From Neodothiora populina (Eukaryota), in contig NW_027191404.1 of NCBI RefSeq assembly GCF_041146345.1, forward strand, positions 310,001 to 374,000: DNA of 64,000 nucleotides, written 5' to 3'. Below are positions 35,373 through 48,952 of this stretch, in pieces. Under the pieces are notes generated by a model. That model was given only the letters and a program-made list of their open reading frames with translations. It had not been told where the DNA came from and did not search any database. The translations under genes and the position numbers were made by a program. Every line of letters starts with the position of its first letter. Position 1 is the stretch's first letter.

Positions 35373-36804
35373 ATGTCTTCCAGAACCGCTACTCGCGCCG
35401 CCGTGCGCGCATTGAAGCAGGCCTCGCGCCCTGCCATGCAACAGCGCACTTACCTCACTGCCGCCCTCAACGCCGTCAGACAGACTGCTGCTAAGCAGGT
35501 GCCCAGAGCTGCTTTCGCTGCTCAGCAGGCTCGCGGTGTCAAGACCGTCAACTTCGCTGGTCACGAGGAGCAGGTTTTCGGTGGGTTGATTGTGTTTCCC
35601 GGAGCTGTTTAGAGCATGTTGGAGCTGACTTTGACCTACAGAGCGCGCTGATTGGCCCAAGGACCGTCTTCTTGTACGTTTGCTGTAAAGAAAGCTACAG
35701 ATCCAGTTTTGGCTGGCTTATGTGCTTACAAAACACGTGGCTGTGAGGAGCGTGAAACTTATACATTGATTCTGTAGGAATACTTCAAGAACGACACCCT
35801 TGCTCTCATCGGTTACGGATCCCAAGGTCACGGCCAGGGTCTCAACCTCCGTGACAATGGCCTCAACGTCATCGTTGGTGTCAGAAAGGGCGGCGCTTCA
35901 TGGAAGGAGGCCCAGCAAGACGGCTGGGTTGAGGGCAAGAACCTCTTCGACATTGATGAGGCCATCAGCAAGGGTACCATCATCATGAACCTCCTCTCCG
36001 ACGCTGCCCAGTCCGAGACCTGGCCTCACATCAAGCCCATGCTCACCAAGGGCAAGGTACGTGTTTACAAAAGGGATGAGTCATTGGCCGTCTTTACTAA
36101 ACCCTGACTAGACTCTCTACTTCTCTCACGGTTTCTCCCCCGTCTTCAAGGACCAGACCAAGGTCGAGGTCCCCACCGACATTGATGTCATCCTCGTTGC
36201 CCCCAAGGGTTCCGGCCGTACCGTCCGCACTCTCTTCAAGGAGGGCCGTGGTATCAACTCCTCCGTCGCCATCTTCCAGGACGTGACCGGCAAGGCCGAG
36301 GAGAAGGCTGTTGCTCTCGGTGTTGCCGTCGGCTCCGGCTACCTCTACAAGACCACCTTCGAGAAGGAGGTCTACTCTGACCTTTACGGTGAGCGTGGCT
36401 GCCTCATGGGTGGTATCCACGGTATGTTCCTCGCCCAGTACGAGGTCCTCCGCGAGCGCGGTCACTCTCCATCTGAGGCCTTCAACGAGACGGTCGAGGA
36501 GGCCACCCAGTCCCTCTACCCTCTCATCGGTGCCCACGGCATGGACTACATGTACGATGCTTGCTCCACCACCGCCCGTCGTGGTGCCATCGACTGGAGC
36601 GTCCGCTTCAAGGAGGCCCTCAAGCCCGTCTTTGACGACCTCTACACCTCCGTCCAGACCGGTGAGGAGACTCGCCGCACTCTCGAGTACGCTTCCCAGC
36701 CCGATTACCGTGCCAAGTTCGAGGAGGAGCTTGACGAGATCCGCAACCTCGAGATCTGGAGAGCCGGCAAGGCTGTCCGCAGCTTGAGACCCGAGAACAA
36801 CTAA
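35373..36804 (+). CDS. ILV5: Ketol-acid reductoisomerase, mitochondrial (~403 aa); exons 35373-35580, 35642-35673, 35778-36056, 36112-36804
   Basis: Arg/Ala-rich presequence; ERADWP, LIGYGSQGHGQGLNLRD, LYFSHGF, VAPKGSG, SDLYGERGCLMG, EAFNETVEEA and CSTTARRGA. Three GT..AG introns give one continuous frame; strong C-ending codon bias suggests high expression. Confidence 0.96.
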
Positions 36805-38892
36805 GCGTTGCTCGAGGTTCTTTGGTGAAGAAAGTTGAAGAGATCAGTCCTGCGACTGACCGGTCTTTTTGGCTGTGTAAAATGGAAGATGTGATGACCA
36901 CAGGGGACGAGCCGCGTGCTGCGATGTGATTGACTCATATCGAGGGCTGGATGACGATGATGCACAACAAAAAGACAAGGTTTCATTTTCATTGTATAGG
37001 AAACGGATGCGCTGGGATTCGGCTTCTCAAAGTCTGTGTAGAATTTAGGGCGCTCATCGGTACAGATCTAATCGAGAAGACCTCCTTCCTTTTTGACACA
37101 TTTGAATGTTTGCCATGTATTTGTGCAGTAGTCACGATCTCCAGAACTTTGCAAGTAATATCGAGGAGAATGATGTAGCAGTATCACGGTTTAGTGACAC
37201 ACCGACAGGCCACCATGACGAGTTTCTATGGGGCAGAATCACACAACATGGAAAGACTGCAGACAGATTAGCATGCCTTAGCAATACCCACCCAAACACA
37301 TCTAGACCCAATTATATCTACTGTATATCCGGCACTGATGGAGCAGCCACTTTCGGCTGCCTGCTCCGCAAGGGTATGGCCAGATGCTTTGGTTCAACGA
37401 TGGACATAATAGACAGGGTCGCCCTACGGACACTTGCACTTGGAAAAACTCCAAGGCACGGTATGACGTCCTGGGCTTGTACCTTGAGGTACCTGCCTCA
37501 AATTCTCCACATGGGACTGGCTGGAACAAGCATCACGCATACATATGCGGCTCGCGGTTAACAGTCTAATCCGGGATCAAGCCAAGACTACTCCGTTTTG
37601 TCTATGTCGTTCCTACAACTTTACATAAGTATAGCACACGTCACAATAGGTCAAATGATGTGCTATAAGGTCATACGAAAGGGCGAGATCTGGAGAGTCG
37701 AATCGTGCTTCGATTTTCGAGCGCAATCTGTTTTCACAATTGTCATTGAGCCTCGTATTAGGTCGGGCAAGCTGTAACTGCGGGCACGGTCACTTTCCGG
37801 ATCAAATTGTCAACCGCGAGAGGCGAGTATACAAGCTTTGCTGTGACGTGCAACATAAAAAAGCATCTGATGTCTTATTCTATTCTACACTAGGTGCTTG
37901 CAGTTCTGTTGTCGGGTTGTACAGAACATAGGTGCTGTAGCTTGCAGCTGAGGCGAGAGATGACGAATCTGCCACAATATCAATACTGTGTATTCGCTGC
38001 TTGTGCGGTTGAATTGATATCAGTAGGTTCTGATGCCTGCGGTCCGTAAAGTTATGGATAGATAAATAGAGAAAATTCCTCAAGGTTAACGGCATGACGA
38101 GGTTACAGTATATAAGGCTGTGAGTCTTGGGAGCTACGAAGAATGACAGACCATCGCCGGAGGATGTCGTCGTAAGATCCGACATTGCTCTGTCCTCTCT
38201 CACACTGTGCACGGCCTGCTTCGGGTGACATGTAGTACGTACGCCGTGCCTTCCATAGATTGGTTTGCGAATCGATCTACAGGACGGAAGGGCATCTTAG
38301 GGGGCCCAAGATCCGTAAGCAGGCTAAGCAGCTCGGGGTCTGATAAAAACCACCGATCCGGGAAGCACCGGCACAATACGAACATGGCGCGAGCCCTTCC
38401 TCAACATATTTTGCTCATTTGCCCGGAGCAGCCCTCTCGCCCTGGCCACGAGTTCTACGAGCGTGATTGGCTCGGAGAGCAGAGTCACCGCTCTCCGTCT
38501 ACGATGTGTCGACAGGACACAAGGACCTTTCCACTTGCGGTTAGGAGGCGTGGAGAGTAGCGTTAGAGTAGAAATGTCTCAAGGACTCTGGAATCTATTC
38601 ACATCCGCCGACCGAGAAGACGTTATGATATTGAGCAAAGGTTGTTTGTTGTACTAGTAAGATTGAAATACATATGTAGGCGCCAATGGCCGAGTCTGGT
38701 TCGCTCGTTTGTTTTTCCTATCATCATATCCCTGAACAATATATTATATTCTTCCCTCCACTGTGTTTCCAGAAGTATCCCAGTGTTCATCGACTCCACC
38801 CTCTATAACCATAGAGCGGCATCTGGACCCCGCTTTGTTATAGCAATAAGGTACCATTGTTAATCCGACCAAGGTCCGATCAGACACAGACA

Positions 38893-41800
38893 ATGGCCAC
38901 CACTGGCTCAGGCCAATTCGGGTTCGCCGTTGCACAAGGTCATGGAGACGAGATCTTCCGCACAATCTCGCGCACGTTTTCCAGGACAACAATCGGCAGC
39001 GAAGATGACGCCTCGTCTGTAGATGAACCCATCAGCAAAGCCGAGGACTGGACACTGATGCCCGAAGTCAAACGATATTCCGAGGCAGACAAGGCAGAAG
39101 GTCGCCGGTTAGGAGTCACATGGAGCGACCTCACCATCAAGGGTGTCGGTGCTGATGCAGCATTTAACGAGAATGCCTTCAGTCAATTCAATATCCCTCA
39201 GAAGGTCAAGGAGTCACGGCAACCGGCTCCATTAAAGACAATCGTTGACTCCAGCTTTGGCTGTGTCAAGCCCGGCGAGATGCTTCTGGTCCTAGGTCGT
39301 CCCGGCGCTGGCTGCACATCGCTTCTCAAGGTGCTGTCAAACAGAAGGAAAGGCTTTTCCGAGATCAACGGAGATCTCCACTTCGGATCCATGACCCACG
39401 AGGAGGCCAAGCCGTTCCGTGGCCAGATTGCCATGAACACGGAAGAGGAATTGTTCTTCCCCACCCTCACCGTAGGCAACACAATGGACTTTGCCACAAG
39501 ACTGAAGCTACCGGACAATCTTCCGGAAGGAGCAACTGGCCGGGAAGAGTATCGTCTGCACATGAAGGACTTCCTTCTGAGATCAATGGGCATAGCACAC
39601 ACAGCAGACACCAAGGTCGGCAACGAGTACGTCCGCGGTGTTTCCGGAGGTGAGCGGAAGAGAGTCTCCATTATCGAGACACTTACTGCCCAGGCCAGTG
39701 TTTACTGCTGGGACAACTCCACCCGAGGTCTCGATGCCTCTACAGCTTTGGAGTACACCCGCGCTATCAGAGCCATGACCGACAAGCTCGGTCTGGCTTC
39801 GATCGTCACTCTGTATCAAGCCGGTAATGGTATTTTCGATCTCTTCGACAAAGTCTTGGTCTTGGATCAAGGCAAGCAGCTGTACTACGGTCCACGGTCA
39901 AAGGCCAGAAAGTACATGGAAGAGCTCGGTTTCGTCTGCGATGACTCTGCCAACGTGGCTGATTTCCTCACTGGTGTTGTTGTGCCCACTGAGAGGAAGA
40001 TTCGTGAGGGATTCGAGCCACGCTTTCCCAGAACCGCAGACGCAATCAAAGATTGCTATGAGAAGTCCGAGATGAGGGAAAAGATGGCCAAAGAATTGAA
40101 ATTCCCGCATTCCGAAGCGGCGAGAGTCTGGACAAAAGAGTTCGTGGAGGCCACCCAAATGGACAAGGCCAACAGTCTGGGCAAGAAATCACCATTCACA
40201 GTCTCCTTCTACAATCAGGTCAAAGCCTGTGTGACTCGTCAATACCAGATCCTTTGGGGAGATAAACAAACCTTCTTCATCAAGCAAGGCTCGACTATCG
40301 TACAGGCTTTGATTGCTGGCTCCCTCTTCTACAATGCTCCCGACAACTCCTCTGGACTTTTCATCAAAGGCGGAGCTCTATTCTTTTCTCTGCTATTCAA
40401 CGCCCTGCTCGCCATGTCTGAAGTCACTGATTCCTTCTTCGGGCGCCCTATCCTTGCCAAACACAAAGCCTTTGCCTTCTACAACCCAGCCGCTTTCTGC
40501 ATCGCTCAGATTGCCACCGATGTACCCATTTTACTATTCCAGATCAGTACTTTCTCAGTCATCCTTTACTTCATGGTAGGACTCAAAGTTACCGCTGGAG
40601 CTTTCTTTACCTACTGGTTCATCTTATATTTGTCCACTTTCGTCATGACAGCTCTATTCAGAGCCTGTGGTGCCGCCTTCCCGACATTCGACGCCGCATC
40701 AAAAGTCTCTGGATTCTTGGTTTCGGCTCTTGTCACATACATCGGTTACGAAATCCCCAAGCCGTCGATGCATCCCTGGTTTGTGTGGATCTATTGGATC
40801 GATCCCATGGCGTACGGATTCGAAGCTCTACTTGGAAACGAGTTCAAGAATCAAATCATTCCTTGCGTGAACAACAATTTGATCCCCAATGGCCCTGGAT
40901 ACGTCGGCATGACAAACAACCAAGCTTGTGCTGGTGTCGGTGGTGCGGCAGAAGGCGCAAACTTCGTGACTGGTGAACAATATCTTCACAGCTTGTCGTA
41001 CAGCTCCTCGCACATCTGGCGCAACGTCGGTATCCTCTTCGCCTGGTGGTTCTTGTTCATCTTCCTCACCATTTTCTTCACTCTGCGTTGGGGCGAGAGC
41101 GCTGGTAACAGTGGTTTCCTCGTCATCCCTCGTGAGAACCAGAAACACACAAAGCATCTGATGGCCGACGAAGAGAATCGTGGAGACACAGGGACCTCAG
41201 TCGGCAGTGCCGAGACTACCGTGAATGAGAAGTCGGATGGACAGACCGAAGACGACAAAGTCGGCAGCCAGCTCGTTCGCAACACCAGTATTTTCACATG
41301 GAGAAATCTCACATATACAGTGAAGACGCCGTCGGGTGACAGAGTCTTGCTGGACAATGTTCAGGGTTACGTCAAACCCGGAATGCTGGGTGCTCTGATG
41401 GGATCATCTGGTGCAGGTAAAACTACTCTTCTCGACGTCTTGGCCCAGCGCAAGACCGATGGTACCATTCATGGTGAGATCCTCGTCGACGGTCGTCCTC
41501 TCGCGGTGTCGTTCCAGCGTTCTGCAGGTTACTGTGAGCAGCTTGACGTTCACGAGCCCATGGCTACTGTTAGAGAGGCTCTTGAGTTCTCCGCTCTGCT
41601 CCGTCAGGATCGTAATGTTCCGCGTGAAGAGAAGCTGGCCTATGTCGATACTATCATCAACCTTCTTGAGATGCAAGACATCGAGCACGTACTGATTGGA
41701 AGAGTCGGCGCTGGTCTGTCCGTGGAGCAACGCAAACGTCTTACCATTGGTGTCGAGCTTGTCTCCAAGCCATCCATCTTGATCTTCCTTGACGAACCTA

Positions 41801-43188
41801 CCTCTGGCCTTGACGGTCAAGCTGCTTTTAACACCGTTAGATTCCTCCGCAAGCTCGCAGACGTCGGCCAGGCTGTTCTGGTCACCATTCATCAACCGTC
41901 TGCACAACTATTTGCACAATTCGACACTCTACTTCTTCTCAGTCGTGGTGGCAAGACCGTGTACTTCGGTGACATCGGTGAGAAGGCCAGGACGATCAAG
42001 GAATACTTCAAGCGTTACGATGCCGCTTGCCCCGACCACGTCAACCCCGCAGAACACATGATTGATGTCGTGTCAGGCTCACTGTCGCAGGGTCGCGATT
42101 GGAACAAAGTATGGCTGGAATCTCCCGAATCAGCCAAGATGATCGAGGAGCTCGACGCCATGGTCAAGGATGCAGCAGGTAAAGAACCCGGCACCAAGGA
42201 TGACGGCTTCGAATTTGCGGCTCCCTATGGGCAGCAAATCCGTCTTGTTACCCAACGCATGAACCGATCTCTCTTCCGCAACATCGACTACACCAACAAC
42301 AAATTCGCTCTGCATATCGGTACAGCACTGTTCAACGGTTTCACTTTCTGGATGATCGGCGACAGTGTAGCCGGCCTCCAGCTCCGTCTTTTCGCCCTCT
42401 TCAATTTCATCTTCGTCGCACCAGGTGTCATGGCACAACTGCAACCGCTCTTCATCGAGCGCCGTGATATTTACGAAACGCGTGAGAAGAAATCCAAGAT
42501 GTATCACTGGGCACCCTTTGTGACCGGTCTCATCGTGTCAGAACTCCCGTACCTAGTCATCTGCGCCGTCTTCTACTTCCTCTGCTTCTACTACACCGCC
42601 GGCCTACCAGGCGACAGCAACAAGGCCGGTGCCGTCTTCTTCGTCATGCTGATGTACGAGTTCATCTACACCGGAATCGGCCAATTCATCGCAGCATACG
42701 CGCCCAACGCCACCTTCGCATCGCTCGTGAACCCCCTGATCATCGGAACCCTCGTCTCCTTCTGCGGTGTCCTCGTGCCCTACGCCCAAATCCAGAGCTT
42801 CTGGCGCTACTGGATCTACTACCTGAACCCGTTCAACTACCTCATGGGCTCCCTGCTGGTCTTCACAGGCTTCGACGCAGAAGTCAACTGCCGCAGAGCC
42901 GAGCTCGCCATCTTCGACCCGCCCGCAGGCCAGTCCTGCTCCGCCTACCTCGCAGACTACATGCGCGGCCTCGGCTCGCGCACGAACCTGCTGAACCCAG
43001 ACGCCACGTCCGGCTGCGAGGTCTGTCAGTACAGAGTCGGATCTGATTACTTGTACACGATCAACCTCAACGACTACTACTTTGGCTGGAGGGACGCGGC
43101 TATCTGTGTCATTTTCGCCATTTCTTCGTATTCGTTGGTGTACTTGCTCATGAAGCTCAGGACTAAGGCCTCTAAGAAGGCTGAGTAG
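38893..43188 (+). CDS. Full-length PDR (ABCG) multidrug transporter, AtrB/Snq2/Bfr1-like (~1431 aa), intronless
   Basis: NBD1 has the degenerate Walker [20 protein letters not shown] and [13 protein letters not shown]2 has [23 protein letters not shown] and LDEPTSGLD; two hydrophobic TMDs in (NBD-TMD)2 order. Confidence 0.95.
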   Translation: MATTGSGQFGFAVAQGHGDEIFRTISRTFSRTTIGSEDDASSVDEPISKAEDWTLMPEVKRYSEADKAEGRRLGVTWSDLTIKGVGADAAFNENAFSQFNIPQKVKESRQPAPLKTIVDSSFGCVKPGEMLLVLGRPGAGCTSLLKVLSNRRKGFSEINGDLHFGSMTHEEAKPFRGQIAMNTEEELFFPTLTVGNTMDFATRLKLPDNLPEGATGREEYRLHMKDFLLRSMGIAHTADTKVGNEYVRGVSGGERKRVSIIETLTAQASVYCWDNSTRGLDASTALEYTRAIRAMTDKLGLASIVTLYQAGNGIFDLFDKVLVLDQGKQLYYGPRSKARKYMEELGFVCDDSANVADFLTGVVVPTERKIREGFEPRFPRTADAIKDCYEKSEMREKMAKELKFPHSEAARVWTKEFVEATQMDKANSLGKKSPFTVSFYNQVKACVTRQYQILWGDKQTFFIKQGSTIVQALIAGSLFYNAPDNSSGLFIKGGALFFSLLFNALLAMSEVTDSFFGRPILAKHKAFAFYNPAAFCIAQIATDVPILLFQISTFSVILYFMVGLKVTAGAFFTYWFILYLSTFVMTALFRACGAAFPTFDAASKVSGFLVSALVTYIGYEIPKPSMHPWFVWIYWIDPMAYGFEALLGNEFKNQIIPCVNNNLIPNGPGYVGMTNNQACAGVGGAAEGANFVTGEQYLHSLSYSSSHIWRNVGILFAWWFLFIFLTIFFTLRWGESAGNSGFLVIPRENQKHTKHLMADEENRGDTGTSVGSAETTVNEKSDGQTEDDKVGSQLVRNTSIFTWRNLTYTVKTPSGDRVLLDNVQGYVKPGMLGALMGSSGAGKTTLLDVLAQRKTDGTIHGEILVDGRPLAVSFQRSAGYCEQLDVHEPMATVREALEFSALLRQDRNVPREEKLAYVDTIINLLEMQDIEHVLIGRVGAGLSVEQRKRLTIGVELVSKPSILIFLDEPTSGLDGQAAFNTVRFLRKLADVGQAVLVTIHQPSAQLFAQFDTLLLLSRGGKTVYFGDIGEKARTIKEYFKRYDAACPDHVNPAEHMIDVVSGSLSQGRDWNKVWLESPESAKMIEELDAMVKDAAGKEPGTKDDGFEFAAPYGQQIRLVTQRMNRSLFRNIDYTNNKFALHIGTALFNGFTFWMIGDSVAGLQLRLFALFNFIFVAPGVMAQLQPLFIERRDIYETREKKSKMYHWAPFVTGLIVSELPYLVICAVFYFLCFYYTAGLPGDSNKAGAVFFVMLMYEFIYTGIGQFIAAYAPNATFASLVNPLIIGTLVSFCGVLVPYAQIQSFWRYWIYYLNPFNYLMGSLLVFTGFDAEVNCRRAELAIFDPPAGQSCSAYLADYMRGLGSRTNLLNPDATSGCEVCQYRVGSDYLYTINLNDYYFGWRDAAICVIFAISSYSLVYLLMKLRTKASKKAE

Positions 43189-44133
43189 AGAAGAAGAACT
43201 GAAGTTTCTGCAACATGAACACTCTGTAGAGAAAAGAAAGGGAATGTCGTTTTATTTTACTGTTTGCTTGGTTGGAGTAGCCCCTTTTGCTCTGACAAAA
43301 TACATGTCGATAATTTTATGAGTACTCGTGGTTGAGGGAATTAGTTCGTACATATTTCCAGAAGACTTTTATATTTATCAAAGCCATCTACACTTTTATA
43401 CCTCTTCTTTTACAGTCCTCGACTCTTCGGTTTTGTTGTCAAGTGCTGGTGTGCTGTAGTTTCTTTAGAGTCTACTGCGACAAAATACTTCAGAACACCT
43501 CAGCTTCCGACTCGACTTGGAGTGACAACTTCGGATACGGTTCTGTATTATTGAACATGCAACGGCAATTGCGCTAATCCATTCTTTCGTCCCCCAATTC
43601 TCTGTACAGAGTCCGTTCAGACGAACGAACCGTGTCATACCCCACAAAGCTTTGATATTCCTTCCAGTGCTCGCTGTAGGCCAAATTCATAAAAGCCGCA
43701 TCTGCTGCATCCCCTGATCTATCCCCTCTACTACCAATTCTAGCATATCAATTGACCGAGTCTTCGAAACTATGCATGATCGACAGATGCCTAGGATGTT
43801 AAGGACAGGGTGTTATCAAGACCGACCTGATATCCCTCTCGTGTGAGGTATGACTAGACAACTCTCGCCTCTGGGTAGATCAAACTTGTCAGACAAGACG
43901 CTGAAAGAGAAATGCCGCCATCAGGAGACAGAGTCTGGTATCTCATGGGTTCGTGGTCCCCTTGGCATGTTCGCCTCTGGTTGATACCTTCTCGCCCACA
44001 CGTCTGTCGGCCAAAGAGAGCTAGTATGATACTGCCACCTGGAGAAGAAACTCGTGCTTGGTGCACCCTGCCCTCGAGACGGCACCGAAGTGACTTGTGA
44101 GCTGCCGCTGCTTGACTCATCGTCGTCGGACTC

Positions 44134-45911
44134 CTAGGCCGATTCATCTTCTGTCGCGGTCTCGGGTTCACTCTCGCCATTGCCATCATCATGTACCATG
44201 CCAGTGAGAGGCTCGGTTTCAGCGGCGAGGAGTGGCGCACGATCTTCCTCCTTGCGCCGGAAGTGGCTGCCTAAGCTGAGAGCCAGAACGCTGAGACCGT
44301 GAACGAAAGTGCTGCACATAACCACGAAGCAAACGATTGGCCAGATCAGCTCTGTGGCTCTCTCACGCGAAGCATACGGGGGTGAAAACACCGGCGGATG
44401 GGGTAATGGCTCGGCTGAGCCAGTCTCGAGCATCGCTCTGCCCTCGATGGCGAGGAATAGACCTCCAAGACCCATCGGTCCGAAGTGGCCGCAGAACATG
44501 GCCTCCCGAAAAGTACGAATATCTGGGATCCAATGGTAGAGCAATAATATGGCAGGTATGCGTCGAAAAAGCAGGACCAAAACTGCAAAGGCAAAAAGCT
44601 TGGCTGGAGTGATCTCAGAAGTGATGTCTGAGGTGCAGTCAGTAAGTATAGCCACATGGCAGATCAATGGGGCTTGGTAGTACGTACCCGACGGATAGAA
44701 AGCGTCCCAGGGGATGATGGTACCAAGGTAAATGAATAGACTCGAATTGAGCAACAGGTCGACAATTGCAGGAAGATGTGCTTCTTTGGTCTTCTTCCTG
44801 AACCAACCATCCCGAGCAAACCCATATCCTGCACCGAAAGCAACGAGAAAGTCGTCAGTACCGAGCGTACTACCTACCCCTACACTGAGAACAGCTAGGA
44901 GAAGGTAGAATGCAATGAAGCCAGGTTGGTCAACATACGCGTTTCTCTCCGCAATGCGAAGAAGGCGGTTGAAAGCAGTTCCGATGATTACACCGATGCT
45001 TATACCAAACGCAACTTGCCAAAGCACGGTTATCAAGAAATAGTTCTTCAGAGCTTCGCCTGCAGTAGGCTTAATCAGTGCGAAAAGTCCAGCGTACAGG
45101 AAACTGTAATCCAATGTCAGCACAATCGGCTCTCACTAGACGAGATGAGTAGTATCATACGGGAATGATATGCCGTCATTGCAGCCAGACTCGGCAGAAA
45201 GCATGTCCTTGATTCTTTTCGGAACTCGTGTACTGAATTGACTGTTGGAGAGGATAGAAGAAGAGAGTACGGGGTCAGTCGGAGTGAGGCATGCAGCTAT
45301 AATGAGTGAAGTAGTGAAACTTGTTCGAAAAATCAGAACGATGAATGCAGCACTGATGAGCCAGCCGAAGACCATGACAGGACCTGCAGTATGTCAGTAT
45401 AGGCCATGATCTTCATCCAGTATTCGAACACTGAGGGAAGATTCAAAATAGGTGGAGAGAATGCTTTGAGATGAGACACCTAGCCAGCATATCCTCTATC
45501 CGAGCTACAACAGAAGGATCATTCTGTATTGGATTCGAACTCACCGAGCAGCATGCCCACACTTCTCCAATGTCTGGCGGCATAAAACTTGGGGAGCTCG
45601 ACACCGATGGTGAACACCTGTATACCAAGGATTACTCTGGTGATCTCCATCAGGATGTCATCACCCCATCCCCACCCTCCGACGATATTTCCAGGTTGAT
45701 CATCACAGCCTTGCGCTTTACAAGAATTGGGATTCAGCCACCCAAGGGCAACTGGACCGAGAATTATACCAACAAGGAGCGCCAATGGCGGCTCAGAGAG
45801 GTGGAGGCGGTTCCGAATGAATCTAGCAAAGAGAGTGTATAACAAAAGAAAAGAGGCTAACAGCAAATAGGTCAAATGGGCCGGAGTAGCCTCAATCTGT
45901 TCCCAAACCAT
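44134..45911 (-). CDS. Na+(K+)/H+ antiporter, CPA1 Nha1/Sod2 family, short-tail form (~499 aa); exons 45545-45911, 45161-45383, 44688-45103, 44134-44627
   Basis: IRNRLHLSEP, GVELP, LTPTDPVL, ESGCNDG, LFRRIP, GHFGPMG and STFVHG; introns 45384-45544, 45104-45160 and 44628-44687 all have GT donor, CTGAC branch site and AG acceptor. Confidence 0.9.
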
Positions 45912-46828
45912 TCTGCTATGTTGAAAGGAGTGGAAGGTCTTCAGAGAGCGACGAGGGTTGTTTCGTGTGAGCGGGCGATCTTCTGTAAGACAAAAGCGTT
46001 ACAGATCACGATAGTGCGTGTCCTGGTCGCTCTTTCCTTGAAGTGTAAATAATAATGCTTACTCCAACTACTTGCAAGACGTCCAATATAGGACAGAGAG
46101 GAAACTCGCGCATAATCATGAGCTGGGATTGCAAGACCTTCCGACCTACCGTGTTTCTCCAAAACCTAAATATGTGCATCCCCATTGTCATGACGTTTCC
46201 TCCCTCAAAACTTGGGGTCAGATCAACACCTCAATTAAGGTGTTTCGCCAAGCTTCATTGGTCGGCAACGCTAAAGGCGCCATCCGAGGCATCTTTCCCC
46301 ATTTAGATGTTGCCCTCTGGCTTCGTTTGAGACATGGAGATGTGTTGAGGGGTCGCAGAGAGTAAGGTATACGGATGTGCTACGCTTCGGGCAGTCGTTA
46401 CGACCTAAATTGTAAGACAGAAGGTACATGCAGTACAAATTTTGCTTTCCGGTGGAAGATCCGAAGCATGTTCGGCCGTTACGATAGTGACAGGACCCTC
46501 AACCAGTGTTTAGCTGCTAGTCGTTGCATATAAGATAACAAGAGCGAACCCCTCAGGCGCAAGTCTGACTTTGTCCTCGTGCTATGTTGGTCTATGTGAT
46601 AGACCGTATACATAGCCACGATTGGTGGTTTTTCGCGACGACAGCTGCTATCACTGCCATTTTTATAGGCTATCTAACAGTCTATCTCTTAGAGGTACGT
46701 AAGCTGCATGAGCGCGACACGAAGGATTGTGTCAGCATCGATGCCTGATAAGCAGAGCTGACCCTTCCAACGAAACCCAGACCTTTGACCTGCTTGACGC
46801 CTCACCTGGTCATTCAGAGTATAACAAA

Positions 46829-47716
46829 ATGTCGAAGAGATCATTATATACGATTGTGACGCCTCTGCCCCCAACTGTCACACGACAGACTGCGGTGGAG
46901 GTGTTGCATAATCACACCGAGATGATAGAGCTCAACCCGCTCGTGATCAATCACGTCAGAACCAAGCCGCCACCGGAAGCTCCAGCTGACGAATTCCACT
47001 GCATTTGGTACGAACTCACCGACAAGATCACTTATCTGCCGGGCATCAAGGGCAAGGTGAATTATAAAGCTTGCTTCCATGATCTTCCGCGCAGCGTGCA
47101 GACACATGTGTATGCGCCCGCCGGTCTCGAGATCAAGGAGAAGTGGAGTATCGGCGGCAACGAGCCCCATGAGGAGCGCGAGATTATCGAAATCGGTCTT
47201 GCTGGACTAGGTGTGCCGCGAGATGGCCTTTACCTCCGCGAAGACGTCGACATGCGATGCAACATTTTCCTCGCAAACTTTGTAAAGAAGACTTTACGGA
47301 GGGCTCATGAAGTCTTGGTCGAGAGACTAGTAGTCAAAGCTGACCTGGCCGATGACATGAAAGTGCGCGTCGGGTACAAGAGAAATACACTCAGTCCCCC
47401 TGGCAGTATGTCGCCACCGTCGCATTCACGACATAGCTCTACGACATATTCGGGCTTGGAGAGAGGTGGCAGCCTACGCAGTGAAGCGACCTCCAATGGC
47501 ACCTCGACAACTATCTCGCCTCATGAAAACCCTTATGTCGCAGAACTGCCGGTGGGTCTGGGGGTCATGGATCCGCATTATGTACCACCGTTGAGTTTCA
47601 AGGGAAAAGGCCTGGACCAGGACCCAGCTCTCCATGGATATTATGGCAAAGAGCGGACGAGACATCCAAGCAATGCTTTTGGTATCCCTCCACTTGGACC
47701 TGTGGAGATGGAGTGA
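46829..47716 (+). CDS. Hypothetical fungal protein (~295 aa): globular N-terminal ~170 aa and disordered C-tail
   Basis: ATG 46829 in an A-rich context (MSKRSLYTIVTPLP...HNHTEMIELNPLV...YLREDVDMRCN). I recall this as a conserved uncharacterised ascomycete domain; not verified. Confidence 0.8.
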   Translation: MSKRSLYTIVTPLPPTVTRQTAVEVLHNHTEMIELNPLVINHVRTKPPPEAPADEFHCIWYELTDKITYLPGIKGKVNYKACFHDLPRSVQTHVYAPAGLEIKEKWSIGGNEPHEEREIIEIGLAGLGVPRDGLYLREDVDMRCNIFLANFVKKTLRRAHEVLVERLVVKADLADDMKVRVGYKRNTLSPPGSMSPPSHSRHSSTTYSGLERGGSLRSEATSNGTSTTISPHENPYVAELPVGLGVMDPHYVPPLSFKGKGLDQDPALHGYYGKERTRHPSNAFGIPPLGPVEME

Positions 47717-48952
47717 TTCCAAGATCATCTCGACGCTCTATCATGACTTGATGCGAACATTCGGAATCCTATGGGCATGCGATTCGTTTAGCTTACCAGA
47801 GCAGGATTCGGCGTGCAACTTTATCCGGAACGATACCTTTACTTGCATGATCTTTTTGTTTGCGACTCCCGAAGCTCTAATTTAATTCTCAGATTAGCTG
47901 TTTCTTCATTCTCGGCAAGAGCCCAAGCAATTCTTGAATTCCATCTTCTTTGAACACTTTCTTCACATGGTTCGTGCTGTGTCATGAAGTCTGCATATGG
48001 CATCACGAGTCAGTCAATCAGCACTTTCACCACCATACATGTAGAGCGACGTCCCACTAGGACCGCTCTTGGACAGAAGCATTATTTCGACCAGACAGAA
48101 AGTTCATATTGCGTCGTTTCGGACTGGGACATACACACCGCTCTTCGAAGCTTCCATTCGGACCCACTCACACAGAGGAACAGTAGGGACGTGCGGGCTC
48201 AATGCAGGGACAAACAATCCGTCCTGCCGATTCATGCACGAAGATTACTCTGTTGAATCCCGAGGCGTCATCCACAATCTCGCAAGCCAGATGGCGCTCG
48301 TGTTATATCGTATGCCGCATGAGGTCTTGTCTGATCTCACCGCCTGGTGCCCCTCGTGTCCAGATAGCTGCGACATGTGCCAGCACGAGGGCAAAATCTT
48401 GACAACGAGTGCACAAGGAAGTACCATTACTATGCAGTGACGTTGGAGAAGAAAGTAATTCGCTGAGGCCGTGGTGAGGTTTATAGTAGGTGGAAATTTA
48501 CATTGAATCTGCAGGTGGTTAAATATATAAGTTATTACGATTTACCGACGACGACCTACTGTACGTCTGCATTTCCAATTGTCTATTTTTGAGGCTCTTT
48601 ATATACAAGCACTATCTGACCCTCTTCACATGTCGGGGCGACACTGACGGGTCGGGTTTCATTGACTACGGCCCCTCGATCACTTCAAGACAAAATTTCA
48701 CCCGAACCCTCACATGCATGGATCTGCCATTGTGATCTTGCTCACTTCATTCCGCAAAGCTGATCTTTAGGCGTAAGAACGACGGCTTCACTTCATCTTC
48801 ATCTTATTGTTCCTCCATCGTGTCCTTCTCATCACAGCCTCTCAAATTGACAGACTTTCTCTCTCTCTCGTCGCCACCCAAAGTCCATCACCCCCTCAAG
48901 TTTATCAACCAATACAAAGAAAACGCACACCCAGCAGATACAGCCCAGAAAT

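Noticed and set aside
2834..36804. mccA and ILV5 as a branched-chain amino acid cluster
   Set aside because: They are 30 kb apart, separated by more than ten unrelated genes, and act in opposite metabolic directions.
45384..45544. tRNA-like A-box and B-box words (GTAGCTCGG, GTTCGAATCC, GTTCGAATAC) in antiporter intron 1
   Set aside because: No cloverleaf folds, and the best B-box overlaps the splice donor in the wrong order.
46247..46252. PacC-type GCCAAG upstream of the Na+/H+ antiporter
   Set aside because: A single hexamer is expected by chance in a 900-bp spacer.
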